From assembly GCA_016709545.1 (NCBI GenBank), contig JADJMO010000001.1, forward strand, positions 68,372-132,371: 64,000 bases of DNA, in the 5' to 3' direction. The position numbers and the translations under genes are program-made. Position 1 is the first letter of the stretch. The number at the start of each line of letters is the position of its first letter. Source of the stretch: Myxococcales bacterium (lineage in GTDB: Bacteria; Myxococcota_A; Polyangia; Polyangiales; JADJMO01). Shown one piece after another: positions 8,193 to 18,805 of the stretch. Below the pieces are notes generated by a model. That model searched no databases. It worked only from the letters and a program-made list of their open reading frames with translations, and was not told the DNA's origin.

Positions 8193-11100
8193 GTGACGCG
8201 CCGCCACCTGCTCCACCTGCGAGGGCCCGACTTCGGTCGCTGGCTCGCGGGGCTGTTCTTGCTGGTGCAGGTGGTCATCGGGCTCGCGGTGGTGGCCGTG
8301 CCGTTCCTCTTGCGGCTGCCCAAGGTCCGCGCGCGGATCGAGCAGACGGTGATCGCGCTGGTCAAGAAGGAGACCAACCTCGACGTCAAGCTGCGCATGG
8401 AGCGCCCCACCTGGCCGCCCGGGATCGTGCTGCGCGACGTGCGGGTCGAGAGCACCGATCGCGCGCGGCCGTTCCTCACCGTCGCCGAGGCGCGGGTCAC
8501 CGTGCGCCCGTTCTCGCTCCTCTCGGGCAACGCGGTCATCGATGGCGTCGAGGTCTTCGACCCGGTCGTCGACGCCGAGGTCACCGACGGCAAGCTCACG
8601 AACCTCCCGCTGAAGCTGCCCCCGAAGCCGGACAAGCCCAAGGAGACCTCCCTCGAGCCGCCGATCCGCACGCTCGCGATCACCCACGGCACGTTCCGTG
8701 TGCGCGTCGTCGACGCCGGCGTCCCCACCGCGTCGGCGGAGCTCTCCGCGCTCGACCTCGACGTCGACGTCAGCGGCGAGGCCACGTACGTCTACGACGC
8801 GCGTCTCAAGCGGGCCAAGGGCGCGCTCCACACCCAGCGCCAGCAGCTACATGCGCTGCCGTTGCCCGACCGGTTCGGCCCGCAGTCGGCGAAGAACTTC
8901 GAGCCCTACCTCGCGTTCGACGACGATGCGCTCTGCCAGCTCGCCGTCAACGTGCGTCTCACCGACGCGCCGAACGCGCGCACCCTCGAGCTCCGTCGCC
9001 TCACCATCGACGCCCGCCTCGACCACGATCTCGGGAGGAGCCCCGAGCCCTCCTGTGCCCCGGGCGCCACCACGCCCGACCAGGTGCTCGCCCTCGACCT
9101 GGCGCGCGTCGAGCTCGAGCTGCCCAAGGCCGAGAACGGCAAGCCGCGGCTCTCGCTCGGCAAGACGGGCAGCAAGGTGGTCGTCACCGCGCCCACGCTG
9201 CTCGCGACGCGCTACGTCGCGCTGCCGCCGCTCGACGGGTGGCTCACCCTCGACCTCGACCTCGCCGCGTCGGTCGACCTCGACAAGCCGCTCGCCTCGC
9301 TCTCCTCCGCCAAGGCGCGCGGTCGGCTCCAGGCCCACGACCTGCGCTTCTCGCAGTTCCGCTTCGGAGAGTCGCTCGAGGGGGACGTCTACCTCGACCC
9401 GGGCCTCGTCGTCGGCACCCATCGCCTCGAGCTCGTGAAGTACGGCGGGGGCAAGGTCACCCTGTCCGAGGTGGAGGCACGGCTCACCGAGGTGCCGGGG
9501 GCGAAGAAGCAGCTGCCGCTCCGCGCCACCGTCGACATCAAGGACCTCGCGATCGGCGGGCTCGTCTACGAGCTCGGGATCACCCGCCATCCTCACGTAC
9601 GGTGGGACTTCAAGGAGGCCAAGGTCAGCCTGTCGGGGCACCTGGATCCGCTGGAGCTCGACGGCGGGGTCGAAATCAAGTCGCAACACTTCGAGCTCGC
9701 CGCGCGCGCGCTCGACGGCCCGAACCCCGGGCACCTCATCGGGCTCGCGCCCAAGACGGGGGGCGCCGCGGCGGTCAGTGGCAAGGTCGCCGTGCGCCCG
9801 GCGTACCTCGCGTTCGAGCACCTCTCCGCCGCGTTCGGCGGCACCAAGCTCGCGGCGCGCGTGCAGCTCGGGTTCGACAACAGGCTCGAGGTGGACGCCA
9901 CCGCCGACCCGGTCGACCTCGCCGACGCGAGCCCGATCACCGCGTTCCCCATCGCCGGCACTGGCAAGCTCGCGCTCGAGATGCGCAGCACGTTCGACCA
10001 CCCGCGTGGCAAGGGCACCATGCAGCTCGCCGGGTTCACCTTCGACAAGTTCGGCCTCGGCGACATCGAGAGCGGCGCCTTCGAGTTCGACAACACCGTG
10101 GTCGAGGTGCAGCAGGCCAAGGCCAAGAAGGGTGAGTCGCGCTACGAGGTGTCGAGCATGCGCCTCGACCTCGGCCGGCCCGCCGGCCCCGTGATCGACG
10201 TGCTCGCCAAGAGCGCCAACATGGCGCTCGAGGACTTCTACACGGTGTTCGGCATGGACAAGGACCCGCGCTGGGACGGCATCCAGGGCCACCTCGGCTT
10301 CGACGCGCGGGGTCGCTTCCTCGTCGGCGGCGAGGGCGATCCGTGCGGCAAGGGCAAGCTCGACCTCGACGTCACCGCCAAGGTGCTGGTGCTCGACCTG
10401 TTCGGCGAGCGCTTCTCGGGTGGCACGGGCGATCTGAGCGTGCACTGGTTCGATCTGGACGGCGGTGGCCTCGGGATGGACCTCGACGTGCACTCTGCCA
10501 CCTTGCAGAAGAAGGGCGGCGGCGCGGTCGTCGTCTCGGGCAAGATGACCCGCGGCGGCAAGCTCGACTTCAAGACCACCGTCGCCGGGCTCGCCCTCGA
10601 GTCGCTGAGCTCGATGCCGGCCACGACCATCCCGATCAAGGGCACGGTCGACGCGGTCGCCGAGGTCGGCGGCACCCTCGACACGATGCGCATCGCGGCC
10701 GACGTCTACATGTCGCCGCTGCGGGTCGGGGGGCAGGTCCTCAAGGCCTCGCGCTTCACGGTGCTGCGCTCGCCGCTGCCGATGATGGCCGACTCTCCCG
10801 CGCCCGACGCCAAGGGCTGCTACGCCAAGACCGCGACCGCCCCGTTCGACCCGGTCAAGTATGCGGCCGACGCGGTGCAGGGCGAGTACCAAATCGACGG
10901 CGACCTCTTCGACGGCACCATGAAGCTCGTCGCCTTCCGCTTCACCGACCAGCGCAAGAAGGTGGCGAGCGGCAAGGTCGTCGTGCGTCAGCTCGACGTG
11001 GGCCCGCTCGCGATGATCAAGAAGGAGGAGGCGGTCGACACGCTCGACCCGAAGTACGCGCCGCCGCCGCCGCCGCCGATCCCGATCACGGGCAAGGTGT

Positions 11101-12719
11101 CGTTCGACCTCGACCTCCAGCGCTACCCGTTCGAGGCCTGGTGGGACAGCGAGGGCAGCGTCGCGAACCTCACGCTCGACGTCGCCCGCGCGGACGCGTC
11201 GGTCGCCACCACCGGCACGACGCCCACCATCACCTTCGGCACCAAGGGGGTGTCGGTCCCCAAGACCCGCCTCGCCATTCGCTTCGGCGAGCTCCCGACC
11301 GAGCTGACCGTGGAGGGCGCGATCGACCGCACGGTGCCCGGCGATCCCAAGGTCAAGGCGCTGATCGAGCTGCCCAACCTGCCGCTGTCCCGGCTCGAGG
11401 AGTACTTCCCCAAGATCGAGCGCGCCGAGGGCAAGGCGTTCGCGCGCGTCGGCATCGGCGGCACGCTGAACAAGCCCACGTGGGACGGCGAGCTCGGCCT
11501 CGAGAACGCGAGCTTCAGCTTCAAGGGGTTCTCGCTGCCGCTCGTCGCGGTGAACGGGCGGATCAAGCTCGACCCGAAGACGGGCGTCACCATCGAGAAG
11601 TTCGCCGGCGAGATGGGCGGCGGCAAGCTCTCGGTCACCGGCGGCGTCGCCCTCAATGGCTTCACCCCCGGTGAGGCGCGCATCAAGACGGTCATGCGCG
11701 ACGTGCACTTCGCCTACGGCAAGTCCATGTCCATGACCTTCGACGCCGACCTCAACACCACCTGGACCCCGGGCGACACCGCGATCGGCATCGAGGCCGA
11801 GCCCGCGTCGGTGACCGGCGAGGTGAACATCCAGGACTTCCTCTACGAGAAGCCGATCAAGGTCCTCGACGTGAACGCGCCGCCGAAGCCCACCGACGTG
11901 GTGGCCTACGACCCGGCCAAGGACGTGCTGCGCTTCGCCGTCGACGTGCGCGCGAAGCACGGCTTCCGCGCCAAGAACAACCTCGTCGACATGACGATGG
12001 TGATCGGCAAGGGCGGCCTCCAGGTCGTGGGCACCAACCAGCGCTTCGGCCTGCTCGGCGACATGTTCGTGCAGAGCGGCGGGGTGTTCCGCTTCCGGCG
12101 CCAGGCCTACGAGATCCGCGAGGGCTCGCTCAAGTTCGCCGACGAGACCAAGATCGACCCCGACATCGACATCAGCGCGGCCACCGACTACACGCGCGCC
12201 GGCACCACGGGCGCGGGCTCGCAGTACCACATCAAGCTGCACGTCTGGGGCACGAGCCAGAACCTCAAGCTCGACCTCTCGAGCGAGCCCACGCTCTCCC
12301 AGGAAGACATCTTCTTCCTGCTCAACTTCGGCATGACCAAGGCCGAGGCCGCGCAGGTCGGCGCCGTGGGCGTCGGCAGCGCCGGGCTCGATCTCGTGGC
12401 GAGCGCGGCCGGCGTGGACGACACCCTCAAGCAGGCCATCCCCGTCATCGACGACATCCGGTTCGGGACGGCCTACAGCCTGCGAACCGGCCGCACCGAG
12501 CCGCAGGTCACCTTCGGCAAGAAGATCACCGAGGACATCCGGGCCAGCGTCACCACCAACATCGGCGAGCGGCGCGAGATCCAGGCCAACATCGAGTGGA
12601 AGCTCTCCCAGATCAAGAAGGGGACCTCGGTCCAGCTCGCCTACGACAACGTCAACGACATCTCCACCTCCGGCAACATCGGCATCGACATCCGCTGGCG
12701 CCTCGATTTCGACTTCTGA
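8193..12719 (+). CDS. tamB: Translocation and assembly module subunit TamB (AsmA-like, DUF490 C-terminus)
   Basis: ORF 1508 aa with a GTG start. It has an N-terminal TM anchor and a long repetitive beta-rich body. The C-terminus ...GNIGIDIRWRLDFDF is typical of the TamB/DUF490 family. It is followed 29 nt later by an Omp85 gene. Confidence 0.8.
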   Translation: MTRRHLLHLRGPDFGRWLAGLFLLVQVVIGLAVVAVPFLLRLPKVRARIEQTVIALVKKETNLDVKLRMERPTWPPGIVLRDVRVESTDRARPFLTVAEARVTVRPFSLLSGNAVIDGVEVFDPVVDAEVTDGKLTNLPLKLPPKPDKPKETSLEPPIRTLAITHGTFRVRVVDAGVPTASAELSALDLDVDVSGEATYVYDARLKRAKGALHTQRQQLHALPLPDRFGPQSAKNFEPYLAFDDDALCQLAVNVRLTDAPNARTLELRRLTIDARLDHDLGRSPEPSCAPGATTPDQVLALDLARVELELPKAENGKPRLSLGKTGSKVVVTAPTLLATRYVALPPLDGWLTLDLDLAASVDLDKPLASLSSAKARGRLQAHDLRFSQFRFGESLEGDVYLDPGLVVGTHRLELVKYGGGKVTLSEVEARLTEVPGAKKQLPLRATVDIKDLAIGGLVYELGITRHPHVRWDFKEAKVSLSGHLDPLELDGGVEIKSQHFELAARALDGPNPGHLIGLAPKTGGAAAVSGKVAVRPAYLAFEHLSAAFGGTKLAARVQLGFDNRLEVDATADPVDLADASPITAFPIAGTGKLALEMRSTFDHPRGKGTMQLAGFTFDKFGLGDIESGAFEFDNTVVEVQQAKAKKGESRYEVSSMRLDLGRPAGPVIDVLAKSANMALEDFYTVFGMDKDPRWDGIQGHLGFDARGRFLVGGEGDPCGKGKLDLDVTAKVLVLDLFGERFSGGTGDLSVHWFDLDGGGLGMDLDVHSATLQKKGGGAVVVSGKMTRGGKLDFKTTVAGLALESLSSMPATTIPIKGTVDAVAEVGGTLDTMRIAADVYMSPLRVGGQVLKASRFTVLRSPLPMMADSPAPDAKGCYAKTATAPFDPVKYAADAVQGEYQIDGDLFDGTMKLVAFRFTDQRKKVASGKVVVRQLDVGPLAMIKKEEAVDTLDPKYAPPPPPPIPITGKVSFDLDLQRYPFEAWWDSEGSVANLTLDVARADASVATTGTTPTITFGTKGVSVPKTRLAIRFGELPTELTVEGAIDRTVPGDPKVKALIELPNLPLSRLEEYFPKIERAEGKAFARVGIGGTLNKPTWDGELGLENASFSFKGFSLPLVAVNGRIKLDPKTGVTIEKFAGEMGGGKLSVTGGVALNGFTPGEARIKTVMRDVHFAYGKSMSMTFDADLNTTWTPGDTAIGIEAEPASVTGEVNIQDFLYEKPIKVLDVNAPPKPTDVVAYDPAKDVLRFAVDVRAKHGFRAKNNLVDMTMVIGKGGLQVVGTNQRFGLLGDMFVQSGGVFRFRRQAYEIREGSLKFADETKIDPDIDISAATDYTRAGTTGAGSQYHIKLHVWGTSQNLKLDLSSEPTLSQEDIFFLLNFGMTKAEAAQVGAVGVGSAGLDLVASAAGVDDTLKQAIPVIDDIRFGTAYSLRTGRTEPQVTFGKKITEDIRASVTTNIGERREIQANIEWKLSQIKKGTSVQLAYDNVNDISTSGNIGIDIRWRLDFDF

Positions 12720-12747
12720 CTCGACGCTCGCCGAAAGGCCGGCGATC

Positions 12748-15700
12748 TTGTGCCCGTCCGTGCGTCACCTCTTCCGGCTCCTGCTCCTCTGCATCGGGTT
12801 GCTCCTCGTAGGGCAGGCGGGGGCGCAGACCCAGGACCTGCCGAAGATGCCGCCGTCGATCGGTGCGTCGAGCGACTTCGAGGGCAAGAACGTGGTCCGC
12901 GTGACCATCAAGGTCGACGGCCACATCTGGACCAAGCCGCCGCTGGTGACCCTGCCCGAGATCGGTGAGCCGCTGGTGCTCGAGGAGGCCCGCAAGGAGC
13001 TCGCGCGCCTGCTCGCGGCCGGCGGCTTCGCCGAGGGCTCGATCACCCTCGAGGCCAAGGAGGGCGGGGTCGAGGTCGGCTACGTGGTGGTCCCCGGGCG
13101 CTACGTGCGCAAGCTCGTGGTGCGCGGCAACGTGCTCGGCGACGAGGAGATGCTCCGCGCGGCCGGCCTCTACGACATCCGGCAGGTCACCGAGAAGTCG
13201 CTCGAGAGCGCGCAGCAGAAGATCCAGGATCTCTACCAGAAGCGCGGCTATCCCTCGACCGTCGCCGCCGTCAGCACCATCGAGACGGACAAGCCGCTCG
13301 TCGTGGTGGTGCAGGTCACCATCGAGCCCGGCAAGCAGGCCACGGTGGGGAGCCGCGTGTTCGCCGGGCTGCCGCTGTGGGACCCGGCCGCCCAGGCCGC
13401 CGCCACGTCGTACGAGGTCGCGGTCGGCGACCGCGCCGACGAGGAGCTGCTCGACCTCGCCGATCGCAACCTCGGCAACGCGTTGCGCGTGGCGGGCTTC
13501 CACCAGGCCGTGGTCTCGCACGCCGTCTCCACGAACAAGAACGGGCAGGTGACCGTCACCGTCACCGTCGTCCCCGGCTCGAAGATCCTCGTCTCCTTCG
13601 ACGGCACGATGATCTTCGACCGCGAGGGGCTGCTCGAGGTGCTCGACCTGGCCCACGAGACCGATCGGTCGCCGTCTCGCCTCGCCTCGAAGATCGAGGC
13701 CGCCTACGTGCGGCGCGGGCGCCTCGACGTGCAGGTGGAGCCCGATCTGCTCGGAAAGCCGGGCGACCCGATCCGCACCCTCCGCATCCGCATCCGCGAG
13801 GGCCAGATCGTCTCGGTCGCCAAGCGGGTGTACCCGTGCCTCACCGGCGCCCTCGATCCCGAGCGCCTCGACAAGGAGATCGACGCCTTCCTCGAGGAGG
13901 AGCTCGAGGCCGGCAACGTCACCATGCCGAGCTCGAGCGCGATCGACGGCGCCCTCGGCAAGCAAGACGGGGTGGCGAGCGGCGCGCGCCCCGAGCCCGA
14001 GGGGCCGAGCCCCACGCGCACGTTCGTGCCCGAGGCCTACGAGAAGGCCATCGAGCACCTCAAGGACCTGTTCCGCTCCGAGGGGTACCTGTTCGTCGAG
14101 ATCGGCGAGGCCGTGCCCTCCCGCGCGGCGTGCGACCCCAAGTCCTCGGGTCCGAAGAGCTGCGTGCCGATGCCGCAGATCGCCCCCGACCCGAAGAAGC
14201 TCTGCCTGTTCGACGGAAACCACCTGCCGCTGCCCATCCCGCTCCCCGACAAGAAGGCCACGTGCTCGCCCGATCCGCTCAAGGGGCGCGCGTGTTCGCC
14301 TTCCATCACCGTCGTCATCCCGATCAACCCGGGGCCTCGGTCGTACCTCTGGGACCTCAAGCTCGAGGGCACCAAGGCCTTCGCCCCCGAGGTGCTCCTC
14401 AAGGAGAGCGGCGCGCGCTCGTCGCTCAAGATGGGAGCCCCGCTCTCGCTGCGCGACGTCGACCTCGCGCGGGCTCAGCTCGAGGGTTACTACAAGGACG
14501 AGGGCTACGCGTTCGCCAGCGTGAAGGCCACCTTCGAGTACTCGCCCGATCGCTCGCGCGCGCGGGTGCGGTTCCTCGTCACCGAGGGCGAGCTCACCAT
14601 CATCGACGCCATCGAGATCACGGGCGCCCGGCGCACCACCGAGTCACTGATCCGCGATCGCCTGCTGATCAAGGACGGAGACCCGTTCAAGGCGCGCCTC
14701 GTGCGACGCAGCATCGAGCGGCTCTCCCAGCTCGGCTCGTTCTCGAGCGTGGCCATCCAGCTCGTCAACCCGTCGGTGCCCGCCAAGCGAAAGGTCGTGG
14801 TGGTCTCGCTCGCGGAGCGGCCCCGCCAGAGCATCGACTACCGGCTCGGCTACTCCCTCGGTGAAGGTCTGCGCTTCGTAGGCGACTACCAGATTCGCCA
14901 CCTGCTGCAGTACGCGGTCGAGGCGAAGTTCTCGCTGCGCGTCTCCAAGCAGCCGTTCCTGTTCTGCAACGAGGGCGAGGCCTGCAAGCTCTACGACAGC
15001 GAGCTCATCCGGCGCTGGCGCTCGCTCCCGCAGCTCGACCAGGTCGCGCGGCGCCTCAGCTTCTCGCTCTCCGCGCCGCACAACCCGCTCCTCGGGCCCG
15101 TGCGCACCACCCTCGAGCTCGCGGACATCAACGACCTGCGGCGCGACTTCCAGCTGCACCGCACGACGGCGATCCTCTCGTTCAGCTACCAACCCCTGGA
15201 CTGGCTCAGCTTCGTGTTCGCCGGGGCCATCGAGCGCAACTTCTTCAAGCAGCTCGGGAAGGAGACCTCCACCGCGCTCATCGACAGGAACCCGGCCCTC
15301 GCCAACATCCTGCGCGTGCCCGAGGGGCTCACGGGGGTGCTCGCCACGAGCGTCAGCGCGATCGCCGACTTCCGTGACAACAAGCTCGGCGCCACCAAGA
15401 ACGGCTACGTGGCCATGCAGGCCGAATACGTGCAGAGCTTCCTCACGCCAGGCGAGGACCAGGCGCGCCAGCAGTTCTGGCACCTGCAGGGGTCGAGCGG
15501 CGTCTACTTCCGCGTGCCGTTCCTCCCCGGGAAGTCGGTGCTCGCGTTCGAGCTTCGCGGTGGGGTGAACATGAACACCGGGAGCTGCGCGGGGCAGGAC
15601 CCGAAGGTGTGCAGCACCTACCCCGACCGGCTCTTCTACCTCGGTGGCTTCGACAGCGTGCGCGGGTTCTTCCCGGGCCAGATGCTCCCGCAGGACTCGA

Positions 15701-16116
15701 TCGACGAGCTCCTCGGCAACCCAGGAGCGCGCCTCGCGGACGTGCCGTGCAGCCAGATCGCGGGCTCGACGAGCGGCAACCCCACGGTGGCGATCCCTGG
15801 CTTCCCGGATTCGGAATGCGGCAGCACGCTCGTCAGCAGCGCCCGCCGTGGCGGCAACGTGTTCATCAACCCTCGCATCGAGCTGCGACTCGCCGCGTTC
15901 AAGTGGGGCGGCATCGTCTTCTTCCTCGACGCGGCGAACACCTGGCGCGAGCGCAAGAATTTTCAGCCCTGGCGCCTCCGCTACACGGTCGGCCCCGGCC
16001 TCTCGATCGAGACCCCGGTCGGGCCGATCGCGCTCGACCTCGGGTTCAACGTGAGCCGCTACGAGGAGTTCAACGAGCCGTTGCCCGTCTTCAACTTCTC
16101 GATCGGCCGCTTCTGA
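12748..16116 (+). CDS. tamA: Omp85-family outer membrane protein assembly factor (TamA/BamA-like) with an extended POTRA region
   Basis: ORF 1122 aa with a TTG start (alternative GTG at 12760). It has a signal peptide, multiple POTRA-like repeats and a barrel C-terminus ending ...NFSIGRF (Omp85 signature). Confidence 0.75.
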   Translation: MCPSVRHLFRLLLLCIGLLLVGQAGAQTQDLPKMPPSIGASSDFEGKNVVRVTIKVDGHIWTKPPLVTLPEIGEPLVLEEARKELARLLAAGGFAEGSITLEAKEGGVEVGYVVVPGRYVRKLVVRGNVLGDEEMLRAAGLYDIRQVTEKSLESAQQKIQDLYQKRGYPSTVAAVSTIETDKPLVVVVQVTIEPGKQATVGSRVFAGLPLWDPAAQAAATSYEVAVGDRADEELLDLADRNLGNALRVAGFHQAVVSHAVSTNKNGQVTVTVTVVPGSKILVSFDGTMIFDREGLLEVLDLAHETDRSPSRLASKIEAAYVRRGRLDVQVEPDLLGKPGDPIRTLRIRIREGQIVSVAKRVYPCLTGALDPERLDKEIDAFLEEELEAGNVTMPSSSAIDGALGKQDGVASGARPEPEGPSPTRTFVPEAYEKAIEHLKDLFRSEGYLFVEIGEAVPSRAACDPKSSGPKSCVPMPQIAPDPKKLCLFDGNHLPLPIPLPDKKATCSPDPLKGRACSPSITVVIPINPGPRSYLWDLKLEGTKAFAPEVLLKESGARSSLKMGAPLSLRDVDLARAQLEGYYKDEGYAFASVKATFEYSPDRSRARVRFLVTEGELTIIDAIEITGARRTTESLIRDRLLIKDGDPFKARLVRRSIERLSQLGSFSSVAIQLVNPSVPAKRKVVVVSLAERPRQSIDYRLGYSLGEGLRFVGDYQIRHLLQYAVEAKFSLRVSKQPFLFCNEGEACKLYDSELIRRWRSLPQLDQVARRLSFSLSAPHNPLLGPVRTTLELADINDLRRDFQLHRTTAILSFSYQPLDWLSFVFAGAIERNFFKQLGKETSTALIDRNPALANILRVPEGLTGVLATSVSAIADFRDNKLGATKNGYVAMQAEYVQSFLTPGEDQARQQFWHLQGSSGVYFRVPFLPGKSVLAFELRGGVNMNTGSCAGQDPKVCSTYPDRLFYLGGFDSVRGFFPGQMLPQDSIDELLGNPGARLADVPCSQIAGSTSGNPTVAIPGFPDSECGSTLVSSARRGGNVFINPRIELRLAAFKWGGIVFFLDAANTWRERKNFQPWRLRYTVGPGLSIETPVGPIALDLGFNVSRYEEFNEPLPVFNFSIGRF

Positions 16117-16245
16117 GACTCATCTCCGGGGCGCGCCGTCGCGCAGCGCGCGATCGACCGCCTCGAGGAGCACCGAGGCGGTGAATGGCTTGTGCAAGAG
16201 GCGCACGCCTGGGCGGAGGAGGCCCTTCGGCGCGGCAGGCGAGCC

Positions 16246-18570
16246 TCAGCGGGGCTCGATGCTCATCCAGTTGAGCATCGTGTACTCGTCCTTCTGGCCC
16301 GCCTCGAGCGTGACGTTGCCGTCGGTGACGTCGACCTCCACGGTCTTGACGACGTAGGGCTGGGCCGGCGTCGTGGCGACGTCGTCGAACAGCACCTTGC
16401 CCTCCACGACCACGCGGTTCTTCGCGTAGGTCTTGCCGTGCCAGCCGATCGAGACGGTGACCGCGTACTTGCCGTTCTCGATGTCCCAGACGAAGGTGTC
16501 CGTGCGGCCGTAGTCGTCGTAGATGACGCTCTTCTGCAGCTCGTTCACCGGCGCCGAGACGAGGTATTGGTAGAGCATGATGTCGGCCTTGCCGATGTTG
16601 GGGCCCGCCCAGCCGAACCCCGCCTTCGCGTCGTACGCCGACCAGCCGATCTTGGTCCACTCGTGCCCGTCGACCACCAGCGGGCTCGCCTTGGGCTCGC
16701 CGGCCGGGTCCTGGAAGTTGAGGTAGTACGCGCCGCGCTTGTGCGCCGCGGTGGCCTTCGACGAGAGCGCCGGGCACCCGTCGCGCTTCTTCTCGAGCAT
16801 CGCGCCGAGCTCGTCGCGCAGGTGCTGGAGGGCGGTCGCGTCGCGCGTGTAGCTCGTGGTCGAGGAGACGGCGCTCGCGACGCTGGCGTCGCACCCCGCG
16901 CCCTCGTCCGGCGTCTTCGGCATCGTGCCCTTGGCGGCGAGCAGGAGGTACTCGAAGTCCTCGGCGCCCTCGCGCAGGAGCTCCCAGCGGATGCTCGTCA
17001 CGAGCTCGCCGTCCCTGGGCGGGTAGAGCAAGAAGCCGTCGCCGTTCTGGTTGGTGCCCTCGGGCCGCGGGTTGCCGTACGGGTCCTTGCCCCAGCCGGT
17101 GAGCGAGTAGTACGCGAACCCACGCACGCGGTACTTCCACGCGGCCCAGAACGCGATGCGCGACTCGATGCCCGGGTGGTCGATGGTGATCGGGTTGAAG
17201 TAGGGGGGCAGGTCTCCGTAGAGGAAGTACCACCACACCTGCTCGCCCTTGGCCTGTCGCGTCTTCGCGTAGACGGGGTCGAAGTGCGAGAGGTCGGCCC
17301 ACCAGAGGTCGTAGCTCGCGCCCTTGCCCTTCGGGTTCTCGGCGATGCCCGCCTTGGGCTGCTCGCTGATGGCGATGCGTAGGTTGGGCGCGGCGCGCTT
17401 GGTGAGCTCGGCGAGGGTGGCCGCGAGGTCGTCGTCGGCCGGGGTCTGCGGCTCGTTCTGCACGTAGTAGTAGGCCTTGCTCTGCCAGCCGTGCGCGACG
17501 ACGTAGGCGTCGACGGCGGCGAGCAGCTTGGCCCACGCCGCCTCGTAGTCGGGCGGCCCGTAGTGGGTCGGCCCGCGGTCGATGCCACAGAACTTCTGCG
17601 GCCGCGGCGTCGAGTTGTTCACGAAGTCCATGGCCTGGAACGAGGGGAACCCGACGCCGTTCCACCCCTTGCCGTCGACGTACTGCGGGCCGAGCGACGA
17701 CATCTCGTAGTCGCCCGCCTTGTCGACGAGCTTGCCGGTCGCGCAGTCGAACTCGATCCCGCCGTCGTAGTTGAGCCCCGCGGGCCACGCGACGCCGCTC
17801 GGCGTGAGGCGGTGCTCGTAGAACCAGGTCTTGAGCGCCTTCACCTTGGCGAGGCTCTCGCCCCCGCCGAGCGCCTCGAACGAGCCGTTCCAGTTGCCGT
17901 CGAAGCCGATCTGCGGCGGCAGCGCGAAGTCGAACACGTGGAGCTTCACCGGCACGTCCTGCTTCGCCGCGCCGACGCTGATGGTCAGGGTCGCGGTGTA
18001 GTCGCCGGGCTTGGCGTCGGGCGGCACGTAGGCGGTGATCCAGTAGGGCTGGTTGCGCCCCCCCGCGAGCGACTCGGCGGCGCCGAACTTCATCGGCTCG
18101 AGCGGGTCGGGCATCTCGGGGCTCTTGATGGAGCCCGGGTCCGACGACTCGGCGATCTTCACGTAGCCGACGCGCCGGATCTCGATGCGGTCGAGGGTGC
18201 CGGGCCCGGTGAACGGCGTCATCGTGACAGTGACGGTGGCTGCAGCGTCGGGCCGGACGACGACCTGGAACGGCTCGAACTCGTTCCGGGCCGCAGAGAG
18301 GCTGATGGCCGCACCGGCCTTGGTGGGAGGCGTGGCCTCGCGCAGCACCTTGTCCATGGTGGTCGTGGTCCACAGCGTCGCGCCCGCCGGCGACGGCAGC
18401 GCGAACGTGCCGTCGCCCGTCGGCGTGCAGTCGGTGCAAGGCGGCACGTCGGACACCGCGTCGACGCCGCCGTCGTTCGGGTCGTCGGAGCCACCGCCGC
18501 CGCACGCCCCCGCCTGCACGACCACGAGGCACGCGCTCAGCGCGATCCCACCACGAAGGAAAGCCCGCAT
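16246..18570 (-). CDS. Secreted glycoside-hydrolase-like lipoprotein (DUF4091-type)
   Basis: It is in track ORF 16246..18870 but probably starts at ATG 18570 (MRAFLRGGIALSACLVVVQAGACGGGG, a lipoprotein signal). It is 775 aa and Trp/Tyr-rich, consistent with a carbohydrate-active fold. Confidence 0.55.
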   Translation of the reverse strand: MRAFLRGGIALSACLVVVQAGACGGGGSDDPNDGGVDAVSDVPPCTDCTPTGDGTFALPSPAGATLWTTTTMDKVLREATPPTKAGAAISLSAARNEFEPFQVVVRPDAAATVTVTMTPFTGPGTLDRIEIRRVGYVKIAESSDPGSIKSPEMPDPLEPMKFGAAESLAGGRNQPYWITAYVPPDAKPGDYTATLTISVGAAKQDVPVKLHVFDFALPPQIGFDGNWNGSFEALGGGESLAKVKALKTWFYEHRLTPSGVAWPAGLNYDGGIEFDCATGKLVDKAGDYEMSSLGPQYVDGKGWNGVGFPSFQAMDFVNNSTPRPQKFCGIDRGPTHYGPPDYEAAWAKLLAAVDAYVVAHGWQSKAYYYVQNEPQTPADDDLAATLAELTKRAAPNLRIAISEQPKAGIAENPKGKGASYDLWWADLSHFDPVYAKTRQAKGEQVWWYFLYGDLPPYFNPITIDHPGIESRIAFWAAWKYRVRGFAYYSLTGWGKDPYGNPRPEGTNQNGDGFLLYPPRDGELVTSIRWELLREGAEDFEYLLLAAKGTMPKTPDEGAGCDASVASAVSSTTSYTRDATALQHLRDELGAMLEKKRDGCPALSSKATAAHKRGAYYLNFQDPAGEPKASPLVVDGHEWTKIGWSAYDAKAGFGWAGPNIGKADIMLYQYLVSAPVNELQKSVIYDDYGRTDTFVWDIENGKYAVTVSIGWHGKTYAKNRVVVEGKVLFDDVATTPAQPYVVKTVEVDVTDGNVTLEAGQKDEYTMLNWMSIEPR

Positions 18571-18805
18571 CCGACCAGGAGAGGCCCCGGACGGGGGATC
18601 GTCAACGGGGAGCGCTGCGCAGGATGTAGGCACGGCGGTACGCAGCGGCCGCTCGCCACCAGCCTTGGATGACGCTTCCTCATGGCACTCACGAGTGAGG
18701 TCTCCTTCTAGGGCAAGGTCACCTCCTTGCCGCAACGCTTGCCGACCCCGGGGGGGGTCGCGCGCGGCTTGGAAAGGACCCATATGCCCGCACAAACCGT
18801 CACCC

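Noticed and set aside
8847-12242. 1131 aa minus-strand ORF antisense to tamB
   Set aside because: The composition is repetitive Gly/Arg/Asp/Val and it is antisense to a clear TamB. It is a mirror-frame artefact.
16117-16245. Convergent intergenic GC-rich inverted repeats considered as a bidirectional terminator
   Set aside because: The stems are weak or imperfect and lack a U-tract. They are not reported as features.
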